DNA from: Candidatus Kaiserbacteria bacterium
Lineage (GTDB): Bacteria; Patescibacteriota; Minisyncoccia; Phycocordibacterales; Phycocordibacteraceae
DNA: 41,121 nucleotides
Assembly: GCA_026396715.1 (NCBI GenBank)
Contig: JAPLWH010000004.1
Span: forward strand, 1-41,121
Direction of reading: 5' to 3'
A program made the translations under genes and the position numbers. Under the pieces are notes generated by a model. It saw only the letters and a list, made by a program, of their open reading frames with translations. It made no database searches and had not been told where the DNA came from. Positions 17,752 to 28,991 of this stretch are shown in pieces (the stretch's first letter is position 1; every line of letters begins with the position of its first letter).

Positions 17752-18120
17752 CTACTGGCCGACGGTCTTCGCTGCTGGAAGACCAGACTGTGACGCATTG
17801 CCGAAGCTGACCGTGCCCGTGAGGATGTTCACCAAGCCCCATACGGAGACCATCACGAAGAAACCGATGAGTCCCCAAAGCATGAGATTCTTGCCGTGTT
17901 CTTTTACCTCTTCGGAGTTTGCTCCCAAGATAAAGGTGTCGAATGCACCCCAAATGAAGACGATGAATGCGATGGCAAACAAGACCGGCACGAAGACATT
18001 ATTGATTGTATTAATGATGAATGAACCGACGTCCGAAAGATTATTTATGGCAGCAGAAGAGATGAGCGGTACGGCAAATGCGGCGAGAGTTACTGAAGTG
18101 AGGGCGAGAGCTTTTTTCAT
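17752..18120 (-). CDS. TrbC/VirB2-like pilin with signal peptide (candidate major pilin)
   Basis: FVPVLFAIAFIVFIWG..GKNLMLWGLIGFFVMVSVWGLVN; own promoter TTGACG-16-TACAAT at 18174-18147. Confidence 0.78.
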   Translation of the reverse strand: MKKALALTSVTLAAFAVPLISSAAINNLSDVGSFIINTINNVFVPVLFAIAFIVFIWGAFDTFILGANSEEVKEHGKNLMLWGLIGFFVMVSVWGLVNILTGTVSFGNASQSGLPAAKTVGQ

Positions 18121-18207
18121 AATATAGGTAAATGGTTAACGAGGTAATTGTAACGTTCCTGTAAGCAGCGTCAATCGGATGTTTTCATCCTGTGTGGATA
18201 GACCCGA

Positions 18208-18507
18208 TTAGATCTTCGGTGGTGGTGGTGCGAAATTGATTGCATTGCCGGAAAAGAACCCGAACGTAGCACCGACAATATATACCAGACCCCAGACAGA
18301 AGCGATGACCGCAAAACCGATAACGCCCCAGAGAACAAACTGGCGCCCTTCGGAACGCTTGTCTTCGCTTTCTGCTCCGAGAATGAAATAATTGTAGACC
18401 CCCCAAAGAAACGTAAGGAGTGCGATGGCCATTACTGCCGGAATGAAAAGAAAATTGATGATGATGAGGATATTCTCCTTATACCCCTGCAAATAGCTTA
18501 TATCCAT
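18208..18507 (-). CDS. TrbC/VirB2-like pilin
   Basis: FLWGVYNYF..KRSEGRQFVLWGVIG..SVWGLV. Confidence 0.75.
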   Translation of the reverse strand: MDISYLQGYKENILIIINFLFIPAVMAIALLTFLWGVYNYFILGAESEDKRSEGRQFVLWGVIGFAVIASVWGLVYIVGATFGFFSGNAINFAPPPPKI

Positions 18508-18516
18508 AGTTCGGAA

Positions 18517-19026
18517 TTATCTCGATGGAGACATGAGCGGCGAATATGAGGTCGGCTGCATCGGTGCAAAATACCCAGCGAGACCGAAGGTGTTCGCGAC
18601 GACATTTACCAATCCCCAGACTGACACCATGACCGCGAAAGCGATGAGGCCCCAGAGGATGATCTGGTGGCCGCTTTTAACCGCCTCTTCATCGCCAGTG
18701 GAGAAAATGTAGGCTTTCGCGACACCGTAGAGGAATACGATGAAAGAGATCGCAAAAAGGAGCGGCACTAGCACACTGTTGATGAGGTAGATGATGTTGG
18801 ACGCTACGCCGCCGACACCGTATCCCCCGCCGGGAAATATACCGCCGAAACCGCCACTGAAGGGTCCGAACATGGCACTGCCGCCTGAATACGTCTGACT
18901 ACCTTGATATGTATACGGCCCGCCACCAATGAGAACTCCGCCGCCTGGCGGCAACATTTGTGCAAATGCGAGAGCCGGAGCGAGAAAAAGAATACCGAGA
19001 AGAGCAGTGCGGGCGGTTGATTTCAT
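18517..19026 (-). CDS. TrbC/VirB2-like pilin with Gly-rich N-terminus
   Basis: Signal peptide MKSTART..AFA, Gly-rich linker, GHQIILWGLIAFAVMVSVWGLVN. Confidence 0.72.
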   Translation of the reverse strand: MKSTARTALLGILFLAPALAFAQMLPPGGGVLIGGGPYTYQGSQTYSGGSAMFGPFSGGFGGIFPGGGYGVGGVASNIIYLINSVLVPLLFAISFIVFLYGVAKAYIFSTGDEEAVKSGHQIILWGLIAFAVMVSVWGLVNVVANTFGLAGYFAPMQPTSYSPLMSPSR

Positions 19027-19045
19027 ATGCGACAAGTATCGCATA

Positions 19046-19333
19046 TTATTTGGCGGGCGCGATGCCGAGCGTGGATAACACGACATTCACAAATCCCCAG
19101 ACCGAGACGAGCACAACCATGCCGAGAATACCCCAGAGGATGAACTCGCGACCTTCGGTGCGCTTCGTGTCATCACTGCCATGGAGGAAGAAATAACTCA
19201 CGACGCCCCAGACGAAGCTCGCGAGCGCGAGCGCGAAAATAACCGGTACGATGATGGTATTGATGATGCCCACGATGCCGCCGGTGCCATTACCGATGAA
19301 ATCCTTAAGACTGGTTCCGCCGGACAAATTCAT
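19046..19333 (-). CDS. TrbC/VirB2-like pilin
   Basis: IVPVIFALA..FVWGVVSYF..KRTEGREFILWGILG..SVWG. Confidence 0.75.
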   Translation of the reverse strand: MNLSGGTSLKDFIGNGTGGIVGIINTIIVPVIFALALASFVWGVVSYFFLHGSDDTKRTEGREFILWGILGMVVLVSVWGFVNVVLSTLGIAPAK

Positions 19334-19334
19334 A

Positions 19335-19799
19335 TCAGTTACCTGAGGAGAGCGCCTGCACCGTCGCCTGGATACCGAGAGCTATCGCTTTTGACCCGAG
19401 AAGGACGAGTGCGCCGACGACCGTCCAGAGGAGCATTTCTTTGGCAGCCGTTATCTCTGACTCGCTCCCTTGAGCAGTCACGAATTTAAAGCCGACATAC
19501 ACGAGCATCAAAACGACGACAATGGAACCGATATCTATGATAAAATTTAGGATATTGAGGAGAAATGACTGGAGATTATCCCCCCCTTGAAGCGGATTGG
19601 TAAGAGTGACGTTTGAGCCATTGGAACCGGTATTTCCTTCTGGCGACGGCAAAGTAAAGCCCGTATTCCCACCCGGTCCAGGCAAGGTAAAGCCGCCCGG
19701 AGTGCTCCCTGCGGGTGGATTTTTAAGTTGTGCATGCGCAACACTCGTAGCACCTACGATAAACAAAACGACAATGAATGCTGTAGAAAAGAAGCGCAT
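19335..19799 (-). CDS. TrbC/VirB2-like pilin with an N-terminal 11-aa tandem repeat
   Basis: LTNPL..GFKFVTAQG..AKEMLLWTVVG; GFTLPxPxGNT twice (19627-19692). Confidence 0.75.
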   Translation of the reverse strand: MRFFSTAFIVVLFIVGATSVAHAQLKNPPAGSTPGGFTLPGPGGNTGFTLPSPEGNTGSNGSNVTLTNPLQGGDNLQSFLLNILNFIIDIGSIVVVLMLVYVGFKFVTAQGSESEITAAKEMLLWTVVGALVLLGSKAIALGIQATVQALSSGN

Positions 19800-19801
19800 A
19801 T

Positions 19802-21109
19802 TTATTGTTGCAGTAGCGAACTCAGAGAGCGCGCGGCATCGCCGATGGCTGTATCGAGAGTAGAGTGGCCACTTATCACATTCCCAATCATACCTGAAAA
19901 GACGCGGTCAGCGTCAGCGGGAGCTGGGGACAGCCACCCCTCGGCATAGAGCGCTTCAGGGTATGCAACTGCGGCGACCGGATCAGAAGGAGCGGCCTTC
20001 GCAAGCTCGTTCACACTCGCGGGCGCGAGCCCAGTCGCTGTGGCTGCTGCAGCCTGCTCTGCCGAGCCAGTAAGGAGCACGGCAACCTGATACGCGCCCG
20101 CAGCATTCTTCGCTCCACGCGGCAACATAAAGGCGTAGAGGAGGCCGTAAGCGCGCTTCGTCCTCGCTGTCGCGCTCTGCGGCAGTGGCGTCACGATGAA
20201 ATCGAGATTTGGATTCGCTGAACTGAGAAAACGCGCGCGCGACGCATACCCGAGATAGAGCGCGAGGTCGCCTGTAAGGAACATCTGCTCGGAATCCGGT
20301 AACGAGGTATTCCATGTGTACGAGACTTTCGAAGGGTCAGCGAATTGTGTATAGAAACCGAGCACCGACGAACCTTTCGAGGCATCACTTGAAGCATTTT
20401 GCCCGAGATCAGCGACAGGAACGCCACTCGACGAATACGAAGATATCGGAATCCCCTGCTGCAAGAAGAGTGCTGAAAGTATGCCGCGAGCATTGCGGAC
20501 ATTGTCATAAGTGCCGAGCGCGATGAGGCCGCGAGTAATCTGCCGTGACGGCGTCAAAATTGCGATGTTCGGCACAAGGCCGACAAGAGCTTCCCAGGTT
20601 GCAGGCGGCTTCGCAATACCGCTGCTTGAAAGGATGGAACGATTTGAGAAAAGAACGAGCGGATCGACGAGAAACGGCACGCCGTAGTAGCCAGAGCCGC
20701 CCGGTGCCGTGAAAATACCTCCCTCTCTAATGAATGTTCTTGTGAAGTCGCTCGCTGGAAGCGTCGAAAGCGGCACCGGCTCGATAAACCTCGTGAGCCC
20801 TCGCAAACTCTCCTGTGACGCGAGGACGAGGTCAGGCGAGCTACCAGTCGCTATCGCGGTAGCAATGTCGGCTGGAAGCGTCGCAGCATCTTTCTGCACA
20901 TAGGTAACATCTTTGAGCGTCGCATCAATCTTCGCAGCGGCAGTAAGCGCAGCCTGCATACCCTCGGAAGGCAAAGTGCCCCAGATGACGACACTACCGA
21001 TTGCATTTGATCCGCTCGTGCCCGTGAATGTCGCGAAGACGAACAGACCTATGAGCGCGCCGACGGAGAATACGCCGAGAAGGATGGTTTGAAAGAGAGA
21101 TAATTTCAT
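19802..21109 (-). CDS. Extracellular solute-binding protein (sugar-binding family), N-terminally anchored
   Basis: TM anchor, VVIWGTLP, PDLV, GVPFLVDPLVLFSN, PPATW, FLTGDLALYLG. Confidence 0.8.
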   Translation of the reverse strand: MKLSLFQTILLGVFSVGALIGLFVFATFTGTSGSNAIGSVVIWGTLPSEGMQAALTAAAKIDATLKDVTYVQKDAATLPADIATAIATGSSPDLVLASQESLRGLTRFIEPVPLSTLPASDFTRTFIREGGIFTAPGGSGYYGVPFLVDPLVLFSNRSILSSSGIAKPPATWEALVGLVPNIAILTPSRQITRGLIALGTYDNVRNARGILSALFLQQGIPISSYSSSGVPVADLGQNASSDASKGSSVLGFYTQFADPSKVSYTWNTSLPDSEQMFLTGDLALYLGYASRARFLSSANPNLDFIVTPLPQSATARTKRAYGLLYAFMLPRGAKNAAGAYQVAVLLTGSAEQAAAATATGLAPASVNELAKAAPSDPVAAVAYPEALYAEGWLSPAPADADRVFSGMIGNVISGHSTLDTAIGDAARSLSSLLQQ

Positions 21110-21227
21110 CCCGTTAGAGGTAGGAAATCGGAGATTTCCGTACGATTATTGATGATAATTCTTTCGATACTTTCATCTCGTTCAGCATAGCATTAAAATT
21201 ATCGTCCAGACCTAACCTCTAACGGGA
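21110..21227 (-). mobile_element. Start-codon-inserted hairpin element, copy 2 (solute-binding protein gene)
   Basis: Minus strand: ATGAA|TCCCGTTAGAGGT...TCCTACCTCTAACGGG|ATGAA. Confidence 0.7.
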
Positions 21228-21228
21228 T

Positions 21229-21765
21229 TCATGGTGAGGTAAAGACGATTCCGTAATGGTGCGGCCCGGCGCGAAACGACTTTACCTTATGAAAACCGCC
21301 ACTAATGAAGAAGTCTTCCGCGGCGTGCTCAGTGACGACTTTCTCGGGTACTGGACCCAACCCACCGTAACTGCCCGCCCAGTCGACAACCATAAGCTTC
21401 CCTCCCGACTTAAGTACGCGCTTCATCTCCTTTAAGAGTCCAAAACGATTCTCGATCTGAAAGAGCGTGTTTGCGAGAATGATTGCGTCGAGCGACGCAT
21501 CGCGCAAATGCGATCCACCCGGTTTTTCGATATCGCCCCAGATCGTTTCGATAGTGCTCTGATGATGCGCGTGCGTATTGAGCTTGAGATGCTTGAGGAT
21601 TTCCTCCTGCACGTCGATCGCGTAGACCCTACCGCTGTGCCCGACGATAGCTGCCGCCGCGCGCGAATAGTGGCCGGTGCCCGCGCCGAAGTCGCCGACC
21701 TTCATGCCTTCGCGCAAACCAAGCTGCAACACGTTCTCGTGCGGGACGCTAAATGAGACACTCAT
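21229..21765 (-). CDS. Class I SAM-dependent methyltransferase
   Basis: VGDFGAGTG, VYAIDVQ, RVLKSGGKLMVVDW; start ATG 21765 follows TGgTATTTT. Confidence 0.88.
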   Translation of the reverse strand: MSVSFSVPHENVLQLGLREGMKVGDFGAGTGHYSRAAAAIVGHSGRVYAIDVQEEILKHLKLNTHAHHQSTIETIWGDIEKPGGSHLRDASLDAIILANTLFQIENRFGLLKEMKRVLKSGGKLMVVDWAGSYGGLGPVPEKVVTEHAAEDFFISGGFHKVKSFRAGPHHYGIVFTSP

Positions 21766-21910
21766 GCCTATAAAATACCATGCCCAGCCCCACTTTCTTC
21801 GTGCATTTTGAATACCTGTGATAATTGGAAGTGTAACGAGGAACTGGAGTGGAAAGTGGAGCTGGACAATCAACAAGCCGGACCATTCTCCATAGAATGA
21901 TCCGGCCAAC

Positions 21911-22105
21911 TTAAATGATTTCCCATTTGCTTTCTTCAGCCTCGCCGCCCAGATGCCTTATGTTTGGGACACTGAAGAGCGTTCGCGGAAGACTATGCAC
22001 ATTCATTCTTGTTATGTCTGCAATCTGCCGAGCCGATGCTTTCCCGCCCCAAAATATCAGAGCTTCGAAAATTCTCTCATCCCGATGACTTCTCCACCCT
22101 TTCAT
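21911..22105 (-). CDS. Small hypothetical protein, possible HTH
   Basis: AGGAGG 5 nt before ATG 22105; ASARQIADITRMN is HTH-like. Confidence 0.45.
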   Translation of the reverse strand: MKGWRSHRDERIFEALIFWGGKASARQIADITRMNVHSLPRTLFSVPNIRHLGGEAEESKWEII

Positions 22106-22217
22106 TCCCACCTCCTTTCAAACAAAAAATAAGAACTTCCTCCCGCAACTATAAAGGGAATAGCATCAAATCGCCACCCATGGCCACCACGCAGGAGGAG
22201 AATTTGAATGCGCTCGT

Positions 22218-24695
<2,478 letters not shown>

Positions 24696-24711
24696 ATGAT
24701 TCAGTTACGTA

Positions 24712-25068
24712 TTAAAAAGGCACGGTCGTCTGCTCGACTGGCTTTACTTTTACCGGCGCCGGAGTCGTATCGATAATCTCGATATGCGCTGGCGCAGACT
24801 CGTTAGTAAGTGCGGCAGCGGCACCGGCGAGATTCTGACTTCCACCCCCCATGCCCGCCACGAACATTGACCCGTCTCCTGAGCCATCCTCGGGCGTCGG
24901 ATTCTTGAGAGCAAACGTGCCCGACTCCACGGAAGACACGAGCCACACAATCGCAATGAGCGCAGCGATGCCGGACGATACGCCAAAAGCGATCTGCTTG
25001 CGGATATGATGCGGCTGTCCTTTCGCATGCTCGAAACGATTAATGAGGTAGTCGAGAATAGGCTTCAT
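24712..25068 (-). CDS. Hypothetical single-TM protein
   Basis: Packed between the MBL gene and gyrA on the same strand; one hydrophobic helix. Confidence 0.65.
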   Translation of the reverse strand: MKPILDYLINRFEHAKGQPHHIRKQIAFGVSSGIAALIAIVWLVSSVESGTFALKNPTPEDGSGDGSMFVAGMGGGSQNLAGAAAALTNESAPAHIEIIDTTPAPVKVKPVEQTTVPF

Positions 25069-25069
25069 A

Positions 25070-25711
25070 TTATGGTGTTACGACTAGTATACGCCCATCA
25101 AGCCCGACAAGGTCCTTTTTCTTCAGGGTAAGTTTGTCGACCTTTTCGCCCGTGCTCCCTGCGGCCTTCAAAAACGCTTCGAGCGATTTCGGTTCACCGA
25201 TGCCGTTCCAATGCATCGGGATAATGATCTTTGGCTCAAGCGACACTGCGAGTTTGTGTGCAGCCTCAGGCGAGAGAACACCGTCGCCGCCGACCGGGAC
25301 GAAAAGAACGTCAATTTCATCAATGCTCTCGCGCGCTTCTTTTGAAAGCTCCGCATCGGCGAGCGCGCCGAGGTGCACGAGGGTCATGTCTTCAAGATCA
25401 ACCGTGTAGATCGTATTCAACGCTTCGGTCTGACCCTTCGCGAGGCCGTACGCACTCTTCGAAAGGAAGCCTTGGATGACCACGCCCTGACGCTCGTATT
25501 CGCCGGGACCCGTGATCGCAAACGGCACCTTCTCGCCGTAGGTCACTTCACTGACGCCATTCATGTCCGGATGGTCGCGCGAGACGAGCGCGATGTCGGC
25601 ACCGAAACGCAAGGACGGTAGTGTCGCGCCTTTATTGATGGGATCGAAGACGATCGTGAGGTCGCCGAGCGTCACCTTGAAACACTGCCCGCCGTGATGC
25701 GTGATAACCAT
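25070..25711 (-). CDS. Metallo-beta-lactamase-fold hydrolase
   Basis: GGQCFK, FDP, DIALVSRDHPD, GPGEYE, HLG, IDVLFVPVGG, IIPMH. Confidence 0.85.
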   Translation of the reverse strand: MVITHHGGQCFKVTLGDLTIVFDPINKGATLPSLRFGADIALVSRDHPDMNGVSEVTYGEKVPFAITGPGEYERQGVVIQGFLSKSAYGLAKGQTEALNTIYTVDLEDMTLVHLGALADAELSKEARESIDEIDVLFVPVGGDGVLSPEAAHKLAVSLEPKIIIPMHWNGIGEPKSLEAFLKAAGSTGEKVDKLTLKKKDLVGLDGRILVVTP

Positions 25712-25847
25712 ATAATACCCCCATTCTAGCATTTTCTTACTCCCTTTGCTATAGTCCATCTGTTGCGTGTTGGAGAAGTAGCGAGGCGTTAACCCTGGAT
25801 TTCGCAAGGAACCAGTACCCTCAGCGAAAACCCACACTGCTATATAT

Positions 25848-26966
25848 ATGTCTGAAGAAAAGAAGGCCGTTGTGCCTGTCGCGACGATTCATCTGCCGGA
25901 GGGACACCCGATGGCGGCTCTTGTCGATACCATCCCGATGCCGCCGGCAGCGGGCGACCTCGTCGAAGGCGCGATCATCGCGATCAATCGCGGTCGCGTC
26001 TATATCGACCTCTCCCCGTTCGGCACCGGCCTCATCTACGGCCGCGAATACTTGAACGCTGCCGACGTGCTACGCAAAGCGAATCAGGGCGATATCATCA
26101 GTGCGAAGATCGTCGATCCGGCCGGTCGCGAAGGCTACATCGAGCTCTCCCTCAAGGAAGCCCGCCAGGCAGCTATCTGGGGCGAAGCGGAGACGGCGAT
26201 CCTCTCGCAGACCCCATACTCGCTCGTCGTCGAAGAGGCGAATAAGGGCGGCCTCATCCTCTCGTGGCAGGGCATTCCGGGATTCCTTCCCGCATCCCAG
26301 CTCTCGAAGGAGCACTATCCGCGCGTACCGGAAGGCGATAAGGAGAAAATCCTCGGCGAACTCATGCGCCTCATCGGGCATCCGATTTCCGTGCGCATCA
26401 TCACTGCCGACGCGAAAGAGGGTAAACTCATCTTCTCTGAGCGCACGACGAACGAGGCTGAGGAGAAGGCATCGCTCATCGACAAGTACCAGGTCGGCGA
26501 TACAGCGACCGGCGAAGTAACGGGCGTCGTCGACTTCGGCGTCTTTGTGAAGATCGAACCGGGACTCGAAGGTCTCGTGCACATCAGCGAGCTTGACTGG
26601 GGTCTCGTCGAGAATCCACACACGCTCTTCAATGTCGGCGACAGTGTAAAGGTCAAGATCATCGAGATCAAAGACGGCAAAGTCTCGCTCTCCATCAAGG
26701 CGCTTAAAGAGAACCCGTGGCACACTGCCGCCGAGCGTTACTCGAAGGGCATGGAGGTGCCGGGCGTCGTCATCAAATACAACAAGCACGGCGCGCTCGC
26801 GTCGATTGAAGAAGGTGTTGCAGGACTCGTGCACGTGGGCGAATTCAAAACGCCGGCAGAACTGCGTGAGACACTGGAGCTCGGCAAGACGTATCCGTTT
26901 ACGATCGCGCTCTTCGAACCGAAGGACCAGCGCATGACGCTGACGTACGCGGGAAAGAAGAAGTAG
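25848..26966 (+). CDS. rpsA: 30S ribosomal protein S1 (four S1 domains)
   Basis: NKGGL..GFLPASQL, DFGVFV..EGLVHISEL, SLSIKAL. Confidence 0.9.
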   Translation: MSEEKKAVVPVATIHLPEGHPMAALVDTIPMPPAAGDLVEGAIIAINRGRVYIDLSPFGTGLIYGREYLNAADVLRKANQGDIISAKIVDPAGREGYIELSLKEARQAAIWGEAETAILSQTPYSLVVEEANKGGLILSWQGIPGFLPASQLSKEHYPRVPEGDKEKILGELMRLIGHPISVRIITADAKEGKLIFSERTTNEAEEKASLIDKYQVGDTATGEVTGVVDFGVFVKIEPGLEGLVHISELDWGLVENPHTLFNVGDSVKVKIIEIKDGKVSLSIKALKENPWHTAAERYSKGMEVPGVVIKYNKHGALASIEEGVAGLVHVGEFKTPAELRETLELGKTYPFTIALFEPKDQRMTLTYAGKKK

Positions 26967-26970
26967 GCGT

Positions 26971-27089
26971 AAGGCACTAAAAAGTCAGCCTGCGGCGTTG
27001 CGAACTCCGAGTCTCGCTTCGCCGTACGCCCCAGTACGGCTCGCTGCGATTCTCATTCGCGCCTTGCATTCAGACTTTTTCGAAGCCTT
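26971..27089. repeat. MITE-like nested hairpin element
   Basis: AAGGC..AAAAAGTC and GACTTTTT..GCCTT ends; interior TGCGGCGTTGCG..GCCGTAC/GTACGGC..CGCCTTGCA. Confidence 0.5.
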
Positions 27090-27104
27090 CCGAATTCATA
27101 AATC

Positions 27105-27141
27105 AAACATCACGCGGCGCCTCTGGCGCCGCGTGATGTTT
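27105..27141. terminator. Bidirectional terminator after rpsA
   Basis: AAACATCACGCGGCGCC-tct-GGCGCCGCGTGATGTTT. Confidence 0.8.
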
Positions 27142-27151
27142 CTTATCATCC

Positions 27152-27553
27152 CTAACCCCTCCCGAGCGAAATCAATTCCTTGAGCTTCTCGTTCATCCCT
27201 TCGCTGATTTGCAGGTGCCTGGGGAAAAGACTGTCATTTTCGATGTCATCGCTCTGCAACGGCAAGATGAAGACATTGCCGCTCTCAGGATTTTTCCCCA
27301 AGACGACTTTCATCCCTTCATCTTCAAATCTCTTCACTAACTCATCTATGGGAGTCGCGGAGCCCGAGGACTCTTCTTCGTCAGCTTTTATTTTTGCATA
27401 CGCGCCGGAATCGAGACCGCGAAAAGGAAACACTTCATGACTTTCGATAATCTCCACGGCCAAAGCGACAATCCATCCTTCTCTCAGCTCCTTTTCTATC
27501 TTAGTTGTCGGCAACTCATTTTTTATTTTTGGCCATTCATTCATAAAAAGCAA
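27152..27553 (-). CDS. Hypothetical acidic protein (AT-rich)
   Basis: ORF directly downstream of pth; no recognisable motif; start may be 27544. Confidence 0.6.
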   Translation of the reverse strand: MLFMNEWPKIKNELPTTKIEKELREGWIVALAVEIIESHEVFPFRGLDSGAYAKIKADEEESSGSATPIDELVKRFEDEGMKVVLGKNPESGNVFILPLQSDDIENDSLFPRHLQISEGMNEKLKELISLGRG

Positions 27554-27565
27554 AAGGTTTTGAAT

Positions 27566-28162
27566 TTAGCGCGTATTCGCGAACATGGTCGCGGATTCGA
27601 TGCCTTCGGTTGCGAAGAGATATACCGCTTCGGCGACTTTCTTCAAAATCTTTTTCACGACAGCTTCTTCACCTGGCTTCCACTTCCCGATGACGAGCTT
27701 GATGACTTTCTCTTCGCCCGAAACTTTCTTCGCCTGATTCTTCTTCCCTACGCCCGAGATGCCGATGCGGATGCGCGCGAAATCTTTCGTTTTAATTGAA
27801 CGCATGATGCTCTCGACGCCTTTGTGCCCGCCACTGCCACGCCCGAACGCCATCTTGATCGTGCCGAGCGGCAAATCGAGATCGTCATGAATGACTACGA
27901 GACTCTTCGCCGCTTTCGGACTCTTCACGAAAGCACTGACCGCCTTCCCCGAGAGATTCATCATCGTCTCCGGCAGGACGAGCGTCGCATTCTCACCACC
28001 AATTGCGCCTTTGCTCACGAGCGCATTCGTCGTCTTATTAAAAACGAACTCCGCGAAGCCTTCCTGCTGCGCCACGAGCTCGACCGCATTCCGTCCGGCA
28101 TTGTGCCGCGTCTTTTCGTATTCTTTCCCCGGATTCCCGAGGCCCACGATGACGATTGTCAT
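27566..28162 (-). CDS. pth: Peptidyl-tRNA hydrolase
   Basis: VGLGNPG..Y..TRHNAG, MNLSG, HDDLDLP, GGHKG, RIRIGI. Confidence 0.96.
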   Translation of the reverse strand: MTIVIVGLGNPGKEYEKTRHNAGRNAVELVAQQEGFAEFVFNKTTNALVSKGAIGGENATLVLPETMMNLSGKAVSAFVKSPKAAKSLVVIHDDLDLPLGTIKMAFGRGSGGHKGVESIMRSIKTKDFARIRIGISGVGKKNQAKKVSGEEKVIKLVIGKWKPGEEAVVKKILKKVAEAVYLFATEGIESATMFANTR

Positions 28163-28187
28163 GCGCGGATAGTAGCACAGGGCACGG

Positions 28188-28371
28188 GCGTGATGGTATT
28201 AAATTTCGGACTCGCACAGTGAGCATGTCCGCGAGTCCCCGAGCGGATGCCGCCGAGCTTTGGCGGCGGATAAGCATGGTCCGACGCGTCTGCGCGTCGG
28301 TTATGCGAACGAGCGTGAGCGCGTCGACCCGCTGGGACGACGACGCGTGCCGAAATTTAATACCATCACGC
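28188..28371. mobile_element. MITE-like element with 22-bp perfect terminal inverted repeats
   Basis: GCGTGATGGTATTAAATTTCGG (28188-28209) and CCGAAATTTAATACCATCACGC (28350-28371). Confidence 0.7.
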
Positions 28372-28415
28372 TCGCAAAAACTTGCGCGCAAAAAAGCGAA
28401 GCGTACAATACGCAC

Positions 28416-28991
28416 ATGCCTGACACTGGAAAAGGTCTTCTGAAGGATCTTTTCACGCTTGTACTCCTCATCGTCATTGTCGTCGTTCCGATTCGCATCT
28501 TCATCGTCTCACCATTCGTCGTTGACGGCGCATCGATGCATCCGACATTTGAAAATCTCGATTATCTCATCGTCGACGAGTTTCTGTACTACTTTAAAGC
28601 GCCCGCGCGCGGCGATGTCATCGTCTTCCGCTACCCAGGCAACCCATCCGTCTTTTATATCAAGCGCATCGTCGGTCTTCCGGGAGAAACCGTTACCATA
28701 AATCACGGCAGTATCGCCATCACGACCGGTGCCGGCGAGAAATTCACGCTTGCTGAGCCGTATATCGTAAACGAGGACGCGACCTACACGAAAAATATGT
28801 CACTAAATCCGGACGAGTTCTTCGTCATGGGCGATAATCGCCCAAACAGCTCAGACTCAAGAGTTTGGGGACCATTACCAAAGAAAGACATCATCGGCCG
28901 CGTTGACTTACGACTCCTACCCATCACAAAGAGCGGTTTCTTCCCTGGCAAAGCGACGTATGCAAGCACGACCACTCCAGCAGCACTATGA
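28416..28991 (+). CDS. lepB: Signal peptidase I
   Basis: VDGASMHPT, RGDVIVF, YIKRIVGLPGE, MGDNRPNSSDSR; start ATG 28416 follows TACAAT. Confidence 0.95.
   Translation: MPDTGKGLLKDLFTLVLLIVIVVVPIRIFIVSPFVVDGASMHPTFENLDYLIVDEFLYYFKAPARGDVIVFRYPGNPSVFYIKRIVGLPGETVTINHGSIAITTGAGEKFTLAEPYIVNEDATYTKNMSLNPDEFFVMGDNRPNSSDSRVWGPLPKKDIIGRVDLRLLPITKSGFFPGKATYASTTTPAAL

Noticed and set aside
28260-28415. Long N-terminal extension of LepB
   Set aside because: It is translated MITE sequence; promoter TTGCGC-16-TACAAT supports ATG 28416
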